A program made the position numbers and the translations under genes. Shown here in pieces: positions 41,943 through 52,475 of a stretch of 64,000 nt of DNA; position 1 is the stretch's first letter; each line of letters starts with the position of its first letter. Source of the DNA: an uncultured Nitrososphaerota archaeon. Lineage in GTDB: Archaea > Thermoproteota > Nitrososphaeria > Nitrososphaerales > Nitrosopumilaceae. The notes beneath the pieces are model-generated. The model ran no database searches. It was not told the origin of the DNA and worked only from the letters and a program-made list of their open reading frames with translations. The stretch covers positions 960,001 to 1,024,000 of the forward strand of contig OY969559.1 of assembly GCA_963701075.1 (NCBI GenBank), given 5' to 3'.

Positions 41943-42629
41943 GTGACTGTTAAAAATAACGATATTACTCCTACGCAATCTTGTCTGATTCAATTAAATC
42001 ACATAGCGTACCGTTTGAGTTGGACAAACAGTCTGCTTGATAAGATCATACCAGAAATTCCAGGAGTGATTCTACAAGGTGGAGAAGATGAAAAAAAAGC
42101 AAAAACAATCGAAGCTCAAGTAAGAATATTTCTTGATTATACTTTTCTGAACTTGTATCAACTAATTGAGATTCATGACACTCAAGTGGGAAGGATCTTG
42201 AAGGATTTGGGTCATATTGAACTTGAAAAATCGCTGGTTGAACTATGGACTCCTATAAAACAACTCGGAACAAAGATCGAACTTTGGCGAAATTCTTATG
42301 TAGCACATTCGAAAGGGCAAGCAATTAATTTCAAAGATTTTCATGAAATAGACCCTGATTATTCAAATACTTTAAAAAAAACATTACTTGCATCCAGATT
42401 AGCCTCCCTTTACATTGCTGGAATATTTACCAATCTGAAAGCCGATTATAAACTTGCCTTATCAAATCAACAAGCAAAATCTGCAGGTAGTTCAGTAGTG
42501 TGGGCTGACTTTAAGAAATGGTGGCTAGAAATGAATAAGGAAACAGAAAAAATATTGGATCAAACCAACGCGCGAATTAAACAAGGTGGTTATGATAAAA
42601 TTCAACCACTAAAGTATCTAGGTCAATAA
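41943..42629 (+). CDS. HEPN (AbiU2-like) putative RNase
   Basis: Alpha-helical character, RNSYVAH = Rx4-6H motif. Confidence 0.6.
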   Translation: MTVKNNDITPTQSCLIQLNHIAYRLSWTNSLLDKIIPEIPGVILQGGEDEKKAKTIEAQVRIFLDYTFLNLYQLIEIHDTQVGRILKDLGHIELEKSLVELWTPIKQLGTKIELWRNSYVAHSKGQAINFKDFHEIDPDYSNTLKKTLLASRLASLYIAGIFTNLKADYKLALSNQQAKSAGSSVVWADFKKWWLEMNKETEKILDQTNARIKQGGYDKIQPLKYLGQ

Positions 42630-42645
42630 TCTTATAAAACTTCAG

Positions 42646-42978
42646 TTATATTCCAATTGTAGAACATTCAGGCAAGTTCATCAAAAGATCATCATCACCA
42701 AGTTTTGGATAACTTATGTAATACATATCCTCATCAACATCAGCTTCTACACTCACTGATCTTAATCCATCCTTTGATTTTACTTCAAAATCATAAATTC
42801 CTTTATGTATTGTTTGACCTTCTATGATCTCGTATTCATTTTTATTTTGAACTTCATAAACCTGTTTAGCAGTCCAATGACGGGTGAGTTTGCTACCTAA
42901 GTCACTTTGCTCTTCTGTTGTTATTCCCACTATCTTACCCTTTTTTCTTGTAGCACAAATTATGAAACGTATTGTCAT
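42646..42978 (-). CDS. DUF3892-like small protein
   Basis: I...RKKGKI N-terminus and LMNLPEC C-terminus. Confidence 0.5.
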   Translation of the reverse strand: MTIRFIICATRKKGKIVGITTEEQSDLGSKLTRHWTAKQVYEVQNKNEYEIIEGQTIHKGIYDFEVKSKDGLRSVSVEADVDEDMYYISYPKLGDDDLLMNLPECSTIGI

Positions 42979-43110
42979 ATTAGATAATGTGATGAATGAT
43001 CTAGTTAGGTTTTATGATGAGAAAACTTAACATTACAAATTTAAAATAAAATAGTGAATAACTCGAAAATTCGTAATAATTCCTATATAGCCTAATTCTA
43101 ACTCATAAAT

Positions 43111-44325
43111 ATGAATGATAAAATACCAAGGAAAAAATCAAAAAAATCACTTCGAGACGTATTACGAATTATTAGTCCAATCATAGAAACATTTCTCACA
43201 TATTATTACGTATCAGCGCCTTTACTCATTGCATTACTTCTCTTGTTCTCTATCTATTCTTTAGAAAAACTTGGAATACATTCTACCTTAACAGATCCTA
43301 CTTTCAAAATAGGATTGTATTTTGCTATCTGGGGATTTGCTATTACACTTTTAATGTTAATTCAATCAGACATCAAGATAAATCGGTTAAAAAAGGAAAT
43401 TAAAGAGATCAAAGAATTTTTTGGTTTCAAAGATGAAAAAACAAAAATAGCTGAACTTGCACCAATACGGATTAAAATTAGACTGCCATTATACATAATA
43501 ATTCTCTTTTTAATTGCCTTTGGTTTTATACTGGCAGGAGGGTATTTTTATGCACCTCCAAATCAGACACCCGATCGTCCGGGTGCAGAAACTTGGGATG
43601 GAGTTAGTTTAACTCATGACAGTGGCATCAACTTTACTACTTTTGAGTTTAATTTTGTTACCTCAACAAAAAACCAATATTTGTTCATTTATTATATTAC
43701 TGACTTTCAAATGAAAGCGGGTACACACTATGCCATGCTTATCTTGCCATACGTGGGAAAATTAGAGGACGCATCTGCCGACGGTTGGAAACAGTACAAT
43801 GTATCTTCTTCAAATACCTCAATACTTTACAAGGAGTTTTACTGTCCTGAACTCTATTCACCGAAATGCAATGATGCCCCAAACCTGTATTTTGATTTTC
43901 AGGATAAGATTGATGCTAAACAATACTATATTCATTCGATTAACATTCCCTTTACGACAACGTTACAACCTGATACATTAAATGAAGTAAATAACATAAC
44001 GAAAGAATACGACAGAAATCATGAATGGACTGTTAATAACCCACCTATAATAAGAGTCACCGTAAACGCAAGTGTTACACAATTAAATCCAATTCCGGAT
44101 GGATACATGACATCATTTGAACTAGAACCTACAAAGGTTAATGCTACAGTCTTTGTTTGGTCATTACCTAATCATGAGATAACATTTCATTTGGATTTTA
44201 TCAATCCGGGTGAAAGAAGAGCATTTGATGATCAAAGAAATCTCAGTTTAATTCTTTTTGGTATTGGCGCATCTTTTGGTGGCATAGGACTGGCTGAATG
44301 TAGGCGAAAAGGACGCAGAATTTAG
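43111..44325 (+). CDS. Hypothetical membrane protein (3 N-terminal TM, large loop, C-terminal TM)
   Basis: 404-aa ORF, hydrophobic segments, many N-x-S/T sequons. Confidence 0.7.
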   Translation: MNDKIPRKKSKKSLRDVLRIISPIIETFLTYYYVSAPLLIALLLLFSIYSLEKLGIHSTLTDPTFKIGLYFAIWGFAITLLMLIQSDIKINRLKKEIKEIKEFFGFKDEKTKIAELAPIRIKIRLPLYIIILFLIAFGFILAGGYFYAPPNQTPDRPGAETWDGVSLTHDSGINFTTFEFNFVTSTKNQYLFIYYITDFQMKAGTHYAMLILPYVGKLEDASADGWKQYNVSSSNTSILYKEFYCPELYSPKCNDAPNLYFDFQDKIDAKQYYIHSINIPFTTTLQPDTLNEVNNITKEYDRNHEWTVNNPPIIRVTVNASVTQLNPIPDGYMTSFELEPTKVNATVFVWSLPNHEITFHLDFINPGERRAFDDQRNLSLILFGIGASFGGIGLAECRRKGRRI

Positions 44326-44377
44326 TGACTTACACTAGTGCAAAATGTACAGTTCCAACTATATCCCCAGCCACATA

Positions 44378-44400
44378 ATGGGATCGGGTAAAATTGAACC
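44378..44400 (-). repeat. Degenerate inverted copy of tRNA-Pro 3' end (att-like)
   Basis: Reverse complement GGTTCAATTTTACCCGATCCCAT vs 19675-19697 GGTTCAAATCCGGCCGATCCCAT, 18/23. Confidence 0.55.
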
Positions 44401-44565
44401 TAGCTTATTTTCCATTGCTTTTGTCATAGATATCTAATCAAGCAGATCGCAGTTTGATAAAAAGTAATATAGAAGTTATTCATTATGAGCTTGCAGTGAT
44501 GCAAGTCTCAGTGACTCTGAGTACTGGCATACCTATTTATTGAAATTTTTTATTCAAAGAATATC

Positions 44566-44814
44566 TTGGGATTTGAAAAACGTGAAATCTTGCTGATCCT
44601 AGGAGTTTTGTTTCTGATGATAGGACTGCTGCCATTCTTGGCTCCAGTGTATGCAGTAATAATTGCAATTGTATCATACTTTGGGATCCGAGTATTTGTT
44701 GGAAGGCGAAAGAAACAGATTCAAAAAGCAATAGGGGAAGGAATGTGTGCAATATGTGGTGCTAGGATAATCCAGAACAAGTGCCCAAACTGTGATGAAC
44801 CAAAGACCGGTTAA
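44566..44814 (+). CDS. Small membrane protein with Zn ribbon
   Basis: Two TM segments then CAICG...CPNC. Confidence 0.75.
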   Translation: MGFEKREILLILGVLFLMIGLLPFLAPVYAVIIAIVSYFGIRVFVGRRKKQIQKAIGEGMCAICGARIIQNKCPNCDEPKTG

Positions 44815-44980
44815 TATTCATGTTTCATATCAAGATGATAAATTATACGAACGACTTATAATGAATTCAAGGCTAAGTTTACCTAAATGAGGTTAAAGGC
44901 ATATTGGGGATTAACAAGTACTCAACTTTTCCACAATTAACACCTAAAATTGTAATCTCTATGATGAAATGGTAGCATAG

Positions 44981-47900
44981 ATGAGATACTTGAGATCCTA
45001 CACTATTGTCAGCTTTTTAATTCTAATTTTAATTGGACAAACTTATTCTGCTTTAGGTCAGGCAGCCCCTATAGCAAATCATGTGGTGATAAATGAAGCT
45101 GATATAAATCCAGTCGGGGATGACACCAAATATCCCATAGATTGGGTGGAACTCTACAATCCTACTGCCAGTCCTGTAAATATTAGTGGGTGGACCATTG
45201 GCGCAACAACTGGATTACAGCAAATCTACACGATACCAAGTAGCACAATAATTCAGAGCAAACAATTCATGGTATTTGTAGATGGTCCAATGTGGTTTCC
45301 GCATGCCGGTGCAGTTATCCAATTAAAAAATGATAGCGGGACAATAATTGATCAAACTCCGCCGCTGACTGATCTTCAAGGAGGTGGCAATTCGTGGCAA
45401 AGGTTAGCCGATGGTTATGACACAGGTTCTTCAAGCGATTGGGTTTACAAAGTGGCCACTCCAGGATCATCTAACGGCCAACTCGCTACAACAACCACTG
45501 CTGCCAAAAATACAATGACCGTCACCACAGACAAAACCAGTTATATCTTCGGAGATACTGTAACAATGAGCGGAAAAGTTTCAGCACTTCTAACTGATCC
45601 TGTTTTAGGATATCCTCTGGCGGTTAACATGGTGGTGTCTGGACCATCCGGTTTTCAAAAAACATTCACTCTGTATCCAAACACTAATCTGCAATTTAGC
45701 ACATCTATGACCACTGGTCAGGTAGTGGGATTTCCAGAAGGAAATTACACCATCTCAGCATCATATGGAAGCCTTACCGCATCATCTGCTTTCATGCTTG
45801 GTTCTACATCATTTACTCCTCCAACCCAGGCCGCTTCAGTTACCATGTCTATGTCAACAGACCAGTCAAGTTATACTATATCACACCCAATTACACTTAG
45901 CGGAACTGTTTCTCAAGTTATTCCATTGACCCCAGTGGTTTACAAAGTCTATAATCCGAACGGTACCATGATATATCAAGGAAATCTTTTTCCTGATTCC
46001 CAAGGTCATTTTACCACCTATAGCCAATACCAATCTAGCCCGGGCACATCTGGAATTACGATAAACACTGTTAATCCAATTTATGGAAAATATGTAATTA
46101 CTGCAAGCTATAGCACTGCAACAACTACTACTTCCTTTACATTGGTATCTCAACAAGCACAAACTGCGCCATTATTGATATCAACTGATAAACAAGTATA
46201 TGGTCTTGGGGACACGGTAAAGATGAGTGGGAGCACTCAACTAACAGGTCTGCAAAATTCTGGACTCTCTCCATCTTTGGAAATTGTGCAATCTACTGCA
46301 GCATCTGCGGTTCGGGGAATTGTACCACAAACTCTCGACATTAAAACATTTGTCAATATAACCCCGTCTGATACATTCACTTACAATTTTACTATTCCAA
46401 ATGATCCAAGCAGGCTTGGAAATTACAGAGCAATATTATCTACGTCTTCTGCAACTGCTGAAGCTGATTTTGTAGTCGCGCAAAACCCAAGCACTTATCA
46501 ACCTACAACACAAACAGGCCCATTCATTATGACTACTGACAAGACACTGTATGCATATGGAGATTCAATTGTTATTTCGGGCAGAATACAACCAAACATG
46601 ACACTTCAGGGTACTCAGATCCAGATCTTAGTTTTCAATTCCACAGGAAACCAGTTGTATTCCCAAACTTCAAATTTAGTTAGTGGGTCGGCTATTAGCC
46701 AATCAACTCCACTGGCTTTCTTTGCATATCCAGACACCAGTGGAAACTTTGTTATTCAACAGTCTATTACTCCTAGTGTTTTTACGGCAGGCACGTACAC
46801 TCTAAAAGCCTCATATGGTAACCTTCAGACGTCTACTACCTTTTCAGTGTACAACCCACTTAACACCGGTAGCCAAGGTCCTATGGTGGCTAATATTGAT
46901 AAACAAGTGTATGGAGTAGGCGATACAGTCCATCTGACTGGAAAAATATCTAGCCTGACGGGAACTTCTGCATATACACTGAACCTCCTACAACCTGATG
47001 GGAAAATAATCACCACTAATCTGGCGTTGAATAATGGGCTTTTCTCATGGAATTATACGGTCCCAAGTCAAGCGACTTTTAACACTGCTTCTACAATTAC
47101 CACTAGAAATAGCATGACAACATCTAACGCAAACTCGCAGACCAACCTGTATGGAATCTATAGTATAACCATCAATTCTGACATTGGCAGTTCACAATTG
47201 TTCTTCCAAGTATCTCCAAATCCGCAAAATCAAACTACTATCTCTCCATTTACTGTAGAGACTGACAAGACAGCATACATGAGCAGCGATGTATTGGATA
47301 TTTTAGGACAGGCATTACCGCAACCAAATACCTCATCTCAATCTATTAACAACCAAGTTCAAATATCGATTTATACTCAAACTGGGGAAGAAATTTACAG
47401 CGGCTTTGCCAATCTGAACCCGGGCGGCCAATTCAATGTACTAGTACCCATGCAACCTGGCGTTTGGACAACAGGGACTTACACAATTTACGCACAATAT
47501 CTTACTCACAATACTCAGACAACATTTCAAGTGACAGATTCACTTGTAGTTAACTCAGGAAAACCTCAACTTTTCATGGCAACAGATCATGCTCAATATA
47601 TTCCTGGTCAGACAGTTCTGGTTACGGGCAGGACCAGTTACATCATATCAGTTAACAACGCTTATCTTACATTTGGCTTGGCAAACGATACCATGATCAG
47701 TGAAGGCCAACCTATATCGCAAAAGGGTTACACATTACAGGAGGCCACTGTCTCTTTTGATCAGAATGGTTACTTTGGCTATAATTATACAATTCCAAAA
47801 TCTATCCCTATTGGAACTTACATTGTAATAGCTCAGGTGCCGTTTGGATTCTTTAATGCAACATATCAGGTAGTTAATCAACTACCTCAAGTAAACGTCA

Positions 47901-48475
47901 CATCGCAAACAAATGCCACTCAAGTGACACCTCCACTTGTAAACACAACTCAAGTAACACCGCCGTCTACAAATGCTACCAAAGTCCAGCAAGAACCAAC
48001 TGTGATTCCAACTAGTGTAGGACCAACACAAACGAGAACCACCAAATCTATGATTGTAGACAAGGAGAACATGATATCAAGTTCGCTCATTCCAATAAAT
48101 CTAAGTGAAAAGGTCAACGGCAGTCAAACTTATTATCCTAGGGAGATAGATGGATTGCTTCGTGTAAATCCAGGTGACGAAAATGCGGTTAGTTTTAAGG
48201 TGATCTCACCTAACGGTACTTGTATAATTGGTTCAAGTACCGACTGCGCGGTATCACAATCAACATTTCAAGGTAGCTCGCTTTACCAGACTGTAAAAAT
48301 TGGAAATGAAAGCCTTTTGGTGGGATTTTCTGGCTCGGATCAGAGAATACAACAATTCAGTCTTCTTCCATCTAATGCAAATACTAGTCTCCAAGTTGGT
48401 CAGTGGAATGTACAGATCATAAAAAATGATCAAGTCTCTAGATTCTATTACCAAGTAACTTATCTGACGCAATAA
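44981..48475 (+). CDS. Secreted lamin-tail-domain protein with repeated Ig-like modules
   Basis: Signal peptide, VVINE...DWVELYNP...ISGWTI LTD motif, repeated TDK-x-x-Y-x-x-GD motifs, S/T rich. Confidence 0.85.
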   Translation: MRYLRSYTIVSFLILILIGQTYSALGQAAPIANHVVINEADINPVGDDTKYPIDWVELYNPTASPVNISGWTIGATTGLQQIYTIPSSTIIQSKQFMVFVDGPMWFPHAGAVIQLKNDSGTIIDQTPPLTDLQGGGNSWQRLADGYDTGSSSDWVYKVATPGSSNGQLATTTTAAKNTMTVTTDKTSYIFGDTVTMSGKVSALLTDPVLGYPLAVNMVVSGPSGFQKTFTLYPNTNLQFSTSMTTGQVVGFPEGNYTISASYGSLTASSAFMLGSTSFTPPTQAASVTMSMSTDQSSYTISHPITLSGTVSQVIPLTPVVYKVYNPNGTMIYQGNLFPDSQGHFTTYSQYQSSPGTSGITINTVNPIYGKYVITASYSTATTTTSFTLVSQQAQTAPLLISTDKQVYGLGDTVKMSGSTQLTGLQNSGLSPSLEIVQSTAASAVRGIVPQTLDIKTFVNITPSDTFTYNFTIPNDPSRLGNYRAILSTSSATAEADFVVAQNPSTYQPTTQTGPFIMTTDKTLYAYGDSIVISGRIQPNMTLQGTQIQILVFNSTGNQLYSQTSNLVSGSAISQSTPLAFFAYPDTSGNFVIQQSITPSVFTAGTYTLKASYGNLQTSTTFSVYNPLNTGSQGPMVANIDKQVYGVGDTVHLTGKISSLTGTSAYTLNLLQPDGKIITTNLALNNGLFSWNYTVPSQATFNTASTITTRNSMTTSNANSQTNLYGIYSITINSDIGSSQLFFQVSPNPQNQTTISPFTVETDKTAYMSSDVLDILGQALPQPNTSSQSINNQVQISIYTQTGEEIYSGFANLNPGGQFNVLVPMQPGVWTTGTYTIYAQYLTHNTQTTFQVTDSLVVNSGKPQLFMATDHAQYIPGQTVLVTGRTSYIISVNNAYLTFGLANDTMISEGQPISQKGYTLQEATVSFDQNGYFGYNYTIPKSIPIGTYIVIAQVPFGFFNATYQVVNQLPQVNVTSQTNATQVTPPLVNTTQVTPPSTNATKVQQEPTVIPTSVGPTQTRTTKSMIVDKENMISSSLIPINLSEKVNGSQTYYPREIDGLLRVNPGDENAVSFKVISPNGTCIIGSSTDCAVSQSTFQGSSLYQTVKIGNESLLVGFSGSDQRIQQFSLLPSNANTSLQVGQWNVQIIKNDQVSRFYYQVTYLTQ

Positions 48476-48540
48476 TTACTTGATGAAAACCATATATAAA
48501 ATATCGAATAATTTATTTTTCAATAGATTGTAGTGATAAA

Positions 48541-49050
48541 ATGGAAGTCCAAGTTTTTATGTTGAGACAAGACGACCCAACAAAATGTACTGCTGCAAAA
48601 TTGGTAAAGTTTGGATTGGCAAGACCGATAAGAAGAACAATAAGGCCTACCATGGTTTTAGATCCTTTTGCAGCAAAGATAGTTTTGAAAACTGATGGAA
48701 ACGTTGTTAACTCTATTACAGCTATTGACTGTTCTTGGGAGTTTGCAAAAAAAACATTTACCCGAAATTTCTCAGGATTTTCTCGCAGACTACCACCGTT
48801 ACTTGCTGGCAATCCTGTAAACTATGCCAAAATAGGAAAGCTTACCACTGCAGAAGCAATTGCGGCAGCTCTTTTCATTATGGGATTTGACGATCAGGCT
48901 CATGCAATATTGAACAAATTCAAATGGGGGCATACGTTTTTTGATCTTAACCAAGATCTTTTAAAAGACTATTCAAACGCAGATACCCAAGAAAAAACGG
49001 TTGAGATATCAAATGACTATGGCATGGCACCTAAAACATTTCTGGAATAA
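48541..49050 (+). CDS. tsr3: 16S rRNA aminocarboxypropyltransferase Tsr3 (DUF367)
   Basis: DDPTKCTAAKL, DCSW, RRLPPLLAGNPVNY, FKWGHTF. Confidence 0.93.
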   Translation: MEVQVFMLRQDDPTKCTAAKLVKFGLARPIRRTIRPTMVLDPFAAKIVLKTDGNVVNSITAIDCSWEFAKKTFTRNFSGFSRRLPPLLAGNPVNYAKIGKLTTAEAIAAALFIMGFDDQAHAILNKFKWGHTFFDLNQDLLKDYSNADTQEKTVEISNDYGMAPKTFLE

Positions 49051-49226
49051 ATATGACTTGATAAACTCACATGTAATTTGAGCTGGAAAGAAGTCCAAAT
49101 AGGCATTTGGTCCAAAGACAACGGTCTTGCAAAATCAAGAAAAGAAACAACTTCTCATGAAGACTATTGCATCTGAAATGTAGACTTGCCAATGCTAAAA
49201 TAGAATCCCTCCTAATCCTAGATAGG

Positions 49227-49506
49227 GTGCGAGCCGGTGAATGAGGCACTGCTACGGCAGAGGAAACTCCTCCCTCCATGCAGCAAATGTGATCCGGAGA
49301 CGGATAGCCAGAGATGGTTGGCAACAGAACAGAAAATTATCCTATCTGGGGCACTGTGATGGTGATGCCTGAGATTCCCAGTAAGGAATGAAAGAGCTGT
49401 CCCGCATGGAGCAAGGCCAAATCAAACTATAAGCGCTGCACTTTGTTTAGGTAGGCCGCATAGCGAAATCTCGTAAAACAGAAGGAGGGTTACAGCTGGC
49501 ACGCAC
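49227..49506 (+). ncRNA. rnpB: RNase P RNA
   Basis: GAGGAAACTCC (CR-I), ACAGAA, TGAAA, GAGCAAGG, AACAGAAGGAGGGTTA (CR-V); terminal pairing GTGCG.GCC/GGC.CGCAC; followed by T-tract. Confidence 0.92.
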
Positions 49507-49550
49507 TTTATTTTTTTAAATGACAAAATGTTGTTATTGTTTGAAGTTTT

Positions 49551-50801
49551 TTAGATAGCTGATCTCTTTGGCTTGTCGTCTGGATTGCTTGGTTGATTCC
49601 CTGTGCTAGTTACACCGCCAGGTGCGCCATCAAACTTGTCTGCCCAGTGATGTCTTTCTTCGTATTGTATAGGTCCTGTATCGACCTCTTTTATGACTTC
49701 CTTCATCTTTTTGTTACTCCACCAGAATATTCCTATGGCTATTACTCCGGCAAAGCCTGCCATTCCATATACCATCATTGTTGACGTTCCAAACGCTGTG
49801 GCATTTGAAACTCCAGCAGCTGCTTGGGCGGTTGTTGCAAAAGTCCATCCTCCTTGAACTTGGTTTGGATTTGCGTGGCCTTCTACGTTAATGGTTCCAG
49901 CATTTGCCTGCTCTCTTGTTGAAATGTGATACTTGACACCATCAGAACCTGTAAAATCCTCATCAACATTGTTTACCTTCAATGTTCCTGAGAAAGCATT
50001 GCTAACTCCTGAAGAAAACGTAGTAACTGCTACCTTTTGTCCTTGGTATCCATATCCTGCTGTCTCAGATAAAGTATATGCAGGATCAAAAAGACTATCC
50101 CATTTATCAAGTGACTGTTGGCTGAAGAGTCCTGTCGCATCCATCAAATTTGGAGATTGGAATACGCCGTATGCGTCGGTACCTTTGAGTGCATTGTACA
50201 GGTCTGGCAGTTGACTTTGGATGGAGTCTATTGGATAGTTGATTTCCATGGATCCATATGGACTGGATATGGTGACAGGAGAACTGGCATTGAATGCCAT
50301 CCAAGATGCATCAAATGTTTCAGGTATGTCTCCACTAGCTTGGTTCAAGACATAGCCTGTCACGGTAGGGGTTAGTACAACTTTGTAATCAAAAGAAGCA
50401 TGATCGGAATATCCGTTTATAGCTAATTGATAATCAACAACTAAATTAGTCATAACCGCGGAGCTATGCTCGTTTGTAGCAATATCCGTGTTAATTTGGT
50501 CCATAAACGTCTTGATGACAGGATCATTGGTAGAGTTGTCAGTAAATGCTACCGTCACGTTTTTGTCCTGAAGTATACTTTGTAGCTTACTGCCAGCCGG
50601 ATAATCTACGTAGAAACTCTTTTCAAAGTCATAAGTGGGATTAATGGGGTTGCCTGCAAGAGGTAAAGTAGCACTAAAATTAACTGTTGCAAAACTTGGA
50701 GCGATTGCACCTAAAAGCAACAAGCCTGTTATCACTGGGACAACTAAAAGCCTCCTAGTCACGTTCCCGATCATCTCCAAGTCAGTAATAAATCTTAGCA
50801 T
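49551..50801 (-). CDS. Hypothetical exported protein with C-terminal membrane anchor
   Basis: Signal peptide, C-terminal TM YGMAGFAGVIAIGIFWW. Confidence 0.75.
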   Translation of the reverse strand: MLRFITDLEMIGNVTRRLLVVPVITGLLLLGAIAPSFATVNFSATLPLAGNPINPTYDFEKSFYVDYPAGSKLQSILQDKNVTVAFTDNSTNDPVIKTFMDQINTDIATNEHSSAVMTNLVVDYQLAINGYSDHASFDYKVVLTPTVTGYVLNQASGDIPETFDASWMAFNASSPVTISSPYGSMEINYPIDSIQSQLPDLYNALKGTDAYGVFQSPNLMDATGLFSQQSLDKWDSLFDPAYTLSETAGYGYQGQKVAVTTFSSGVSNAFSGTLKVNNVDEDFTGSDGVKYHISTREQANAGTINVEGHANPNQVQGGWTFATTAQAAAGVSNATAFGTSTMMVYGMAGFAGVIAIGIFWWSNKKMKEVIKEVDTGPIQYEERHHWADKFDGAPGGVTSTGNQPSNPDDKPKRSAI

Positions 50802-50892
50802 TGATTTTTTTACAATAATTATCTTTGAATTTTTATTGGCAAGAGTAATATGGTATTGACATCTCTTAGTATCTTCATAGGGAACTGAAAAA

Positions 50893-51816
50893 ATGATAAC
50901 GATTCTTGCGGGGGGAACTGGTTCTGTAAAACTTGTACGAGGAGTAGCCTCACAAACACGTGATCTATCTGTAATCTCTAATGTTGGTGATAATTACTGG
51001 TTATACGGTCTTTACATTTGTCCTGATATCGATACAATACTTTATGGGCTTGGGGATATTCTTGATACTGAAAGAGGATGGGGAATAAAGAAAGACACAT
51101 TTGGATTTTTGCGCCAAATGGAAATGCTTGGAGAAGAAACTTGGTTCAAAATAGGAGATAGAGACGCAGCCATACACCTCCTAAGAACTAACATGCTCAA
51201 GAACGGGAAGAATCTATCTGATATTACTGAATGGATGTGTCAAAAATTTGCTGTTGACACAAAGATAATTCCTGTGACAGACAATAGCGTTGAAACTAGG
51301 ATTGTGACAAACAAAGGGGAACTTCACCTACAAGAATTCTGGGTAAAATACAAAGGTCAGGACAAGGTGGAGGGAATAAAATATCTGGGCGCAGATAAGG
51401 CACGAGCAAATCCAGCTGCAGTAAACGCCATTCATGACTCAAAGCTGGTGATAATTGCTCCAGGTAACCCATTAACTAGTATTGGTCCTATACTTTCCAT
51501 TAAGGGAATAAGAAAAGAATTATCAAAGTCAAAGAAAAAAGTTGTAGTGGTAAGTCCACTCGTAGGAAATACTGCAATAAGCGGACCTGCTGCAAAGTAC
51601 TTGGAAGCGGCAGGAATAGAAGTTTCTGTATATGGCCTTGCCAAGATGTATTCAGAGGTAGCGTCACACATGATAATAGACTCTGCTGATAGAATCCACA
51701 CAAGAAAGATTGAGAATCTGGATATGAAAGTGTATGAAACAAAGATAAAGATGAAGGAAAAGAAAGATGAAGAAGCTCTTGCATCTTTCATTCTAAAACA
51801 AATGCATGTCGTCTAA
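50893..51816 (+). CDS. cofD: 2-phospho-L-lactate transferase
   Basis: LAGGTG, PDIDTILY, IGDRD, HLQEFW, NPLTSIGPIL, SGPAAK. Confidence 0.95.
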   Translation: MITILAGGTGSVKLVRGVASQTRDLSVISNVGDNYWLYGLYICPDIDTILYGLGDILDTERGWGIKKDTFGFLRQMEMLGEETWFKIGDRDAAIHLLRTNMLKNGKNLSDITEWMCQKFAVDTKIIPVTDNSVETRIVTNKGELHLQEFWVKYKGQDKVEGIKYLGADKARANPAAVNAIHDSKLVIIAPGNPLTSIGPILSIKGIRKELSKSKKKVVVVSPLVGNTAISGPAAKYLEAAGIEVSVYGLAKMYSEVASHMIIDSADRIHTRKIENLDMKVYETKIKMKEKKDEEALASFILKQMHVV

Positions 51817-52447
51817 GCTGCGCATAGGCGCAATAGTACCTGTAAAGACATTTTCAAGAGCAAAGACACGTCTTACCATGTCTTCTGAAAAGACAGAAAA
51901 AATTTGCAGAATAATGTTAGAGTCTGTGCTAGGTACGCTTCTGCAATCTAAAATTATTGAAAGGGTTGTTATTGTAAGTAAGGATGAGACTGCTCTTGAA
52001 ATTGGAAAAAAATTTGGTGCGGTACAAATCTATGATCGAGAAGAACTTGGAGTTAATAATGCAGTAAAGCTTGCAGATGATTATTTGTTGAAGGAAGACT
52101 TTGATTCTACCATGGTTTTTCCTCAAGACATACCGCTAATTCAAGTAGAGGATATTGATGCATTATTGAATTTTAGGATTAAGAATAGATGTGTACTTGT
52201 GGTACCATCGAGGAAATTTGATGGAACCAACGCATTGTTTAGGATGCCACTTGATGTTATGGAAACTCATTATGATGAAGACAGTTACAAAATACATCTA
52301 GATACTGCAGAGAAAAGAAACGCCACATCGTCTCTTGTACTTATTAGAAGAATCATGTTAGATGTAGATGATCAATCTGATCTGAATTTAATAATGAGTT
52401 ATAATCTGCCAGTATCGAAATCACTTAGCAATGCCATCATTCGATAG
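51806..52447 (+). CDS. cofC: 2-phospho-L-lactate guanylyltransferase
   Basis: VPVK...AKTRL, DIPL, GTNAL, DVD; follows cofD. Confidence 0.93.
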   Translation: MSSKLRIGAIVPVKTFSRAKTRLTMSSEKTEKICRIMLESVLGTLLQSKIIERVVIVSKDETALEIGKKFGAVQIYDREELGVNNAVKLADDYLLKEDFDSTMVFPQDIPLIQVEDIDALLNFRIKNRCVLVVPSRKFDGTNALFRMPLDVMETHYDEDSYKIHLDTAEKRNATSSLVLIRRIMLDVDDQSDLNLIMSYNLPVSKSLSNAIIR

Positions 52448-52475
52448 TTTTTTTATCCGTTTAGAATTTCATATC

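Larger units (their letters stand above)
19675..44400. mobile_element. tRNA-Pro-anchored integrated element / defence island (~24.7 kb)
   Basis: Integrase next to the tRNA, defence cargo, visibly more AT-rich, tRNA 3'-like fragment at 44378-44400, core genes resume after about 44.5 kb. Confidence 0.8.

Noticed and set aside
49067-49324. 85-aa minus-strand ORF
   Set aside because: Antisense to RNase P RNA
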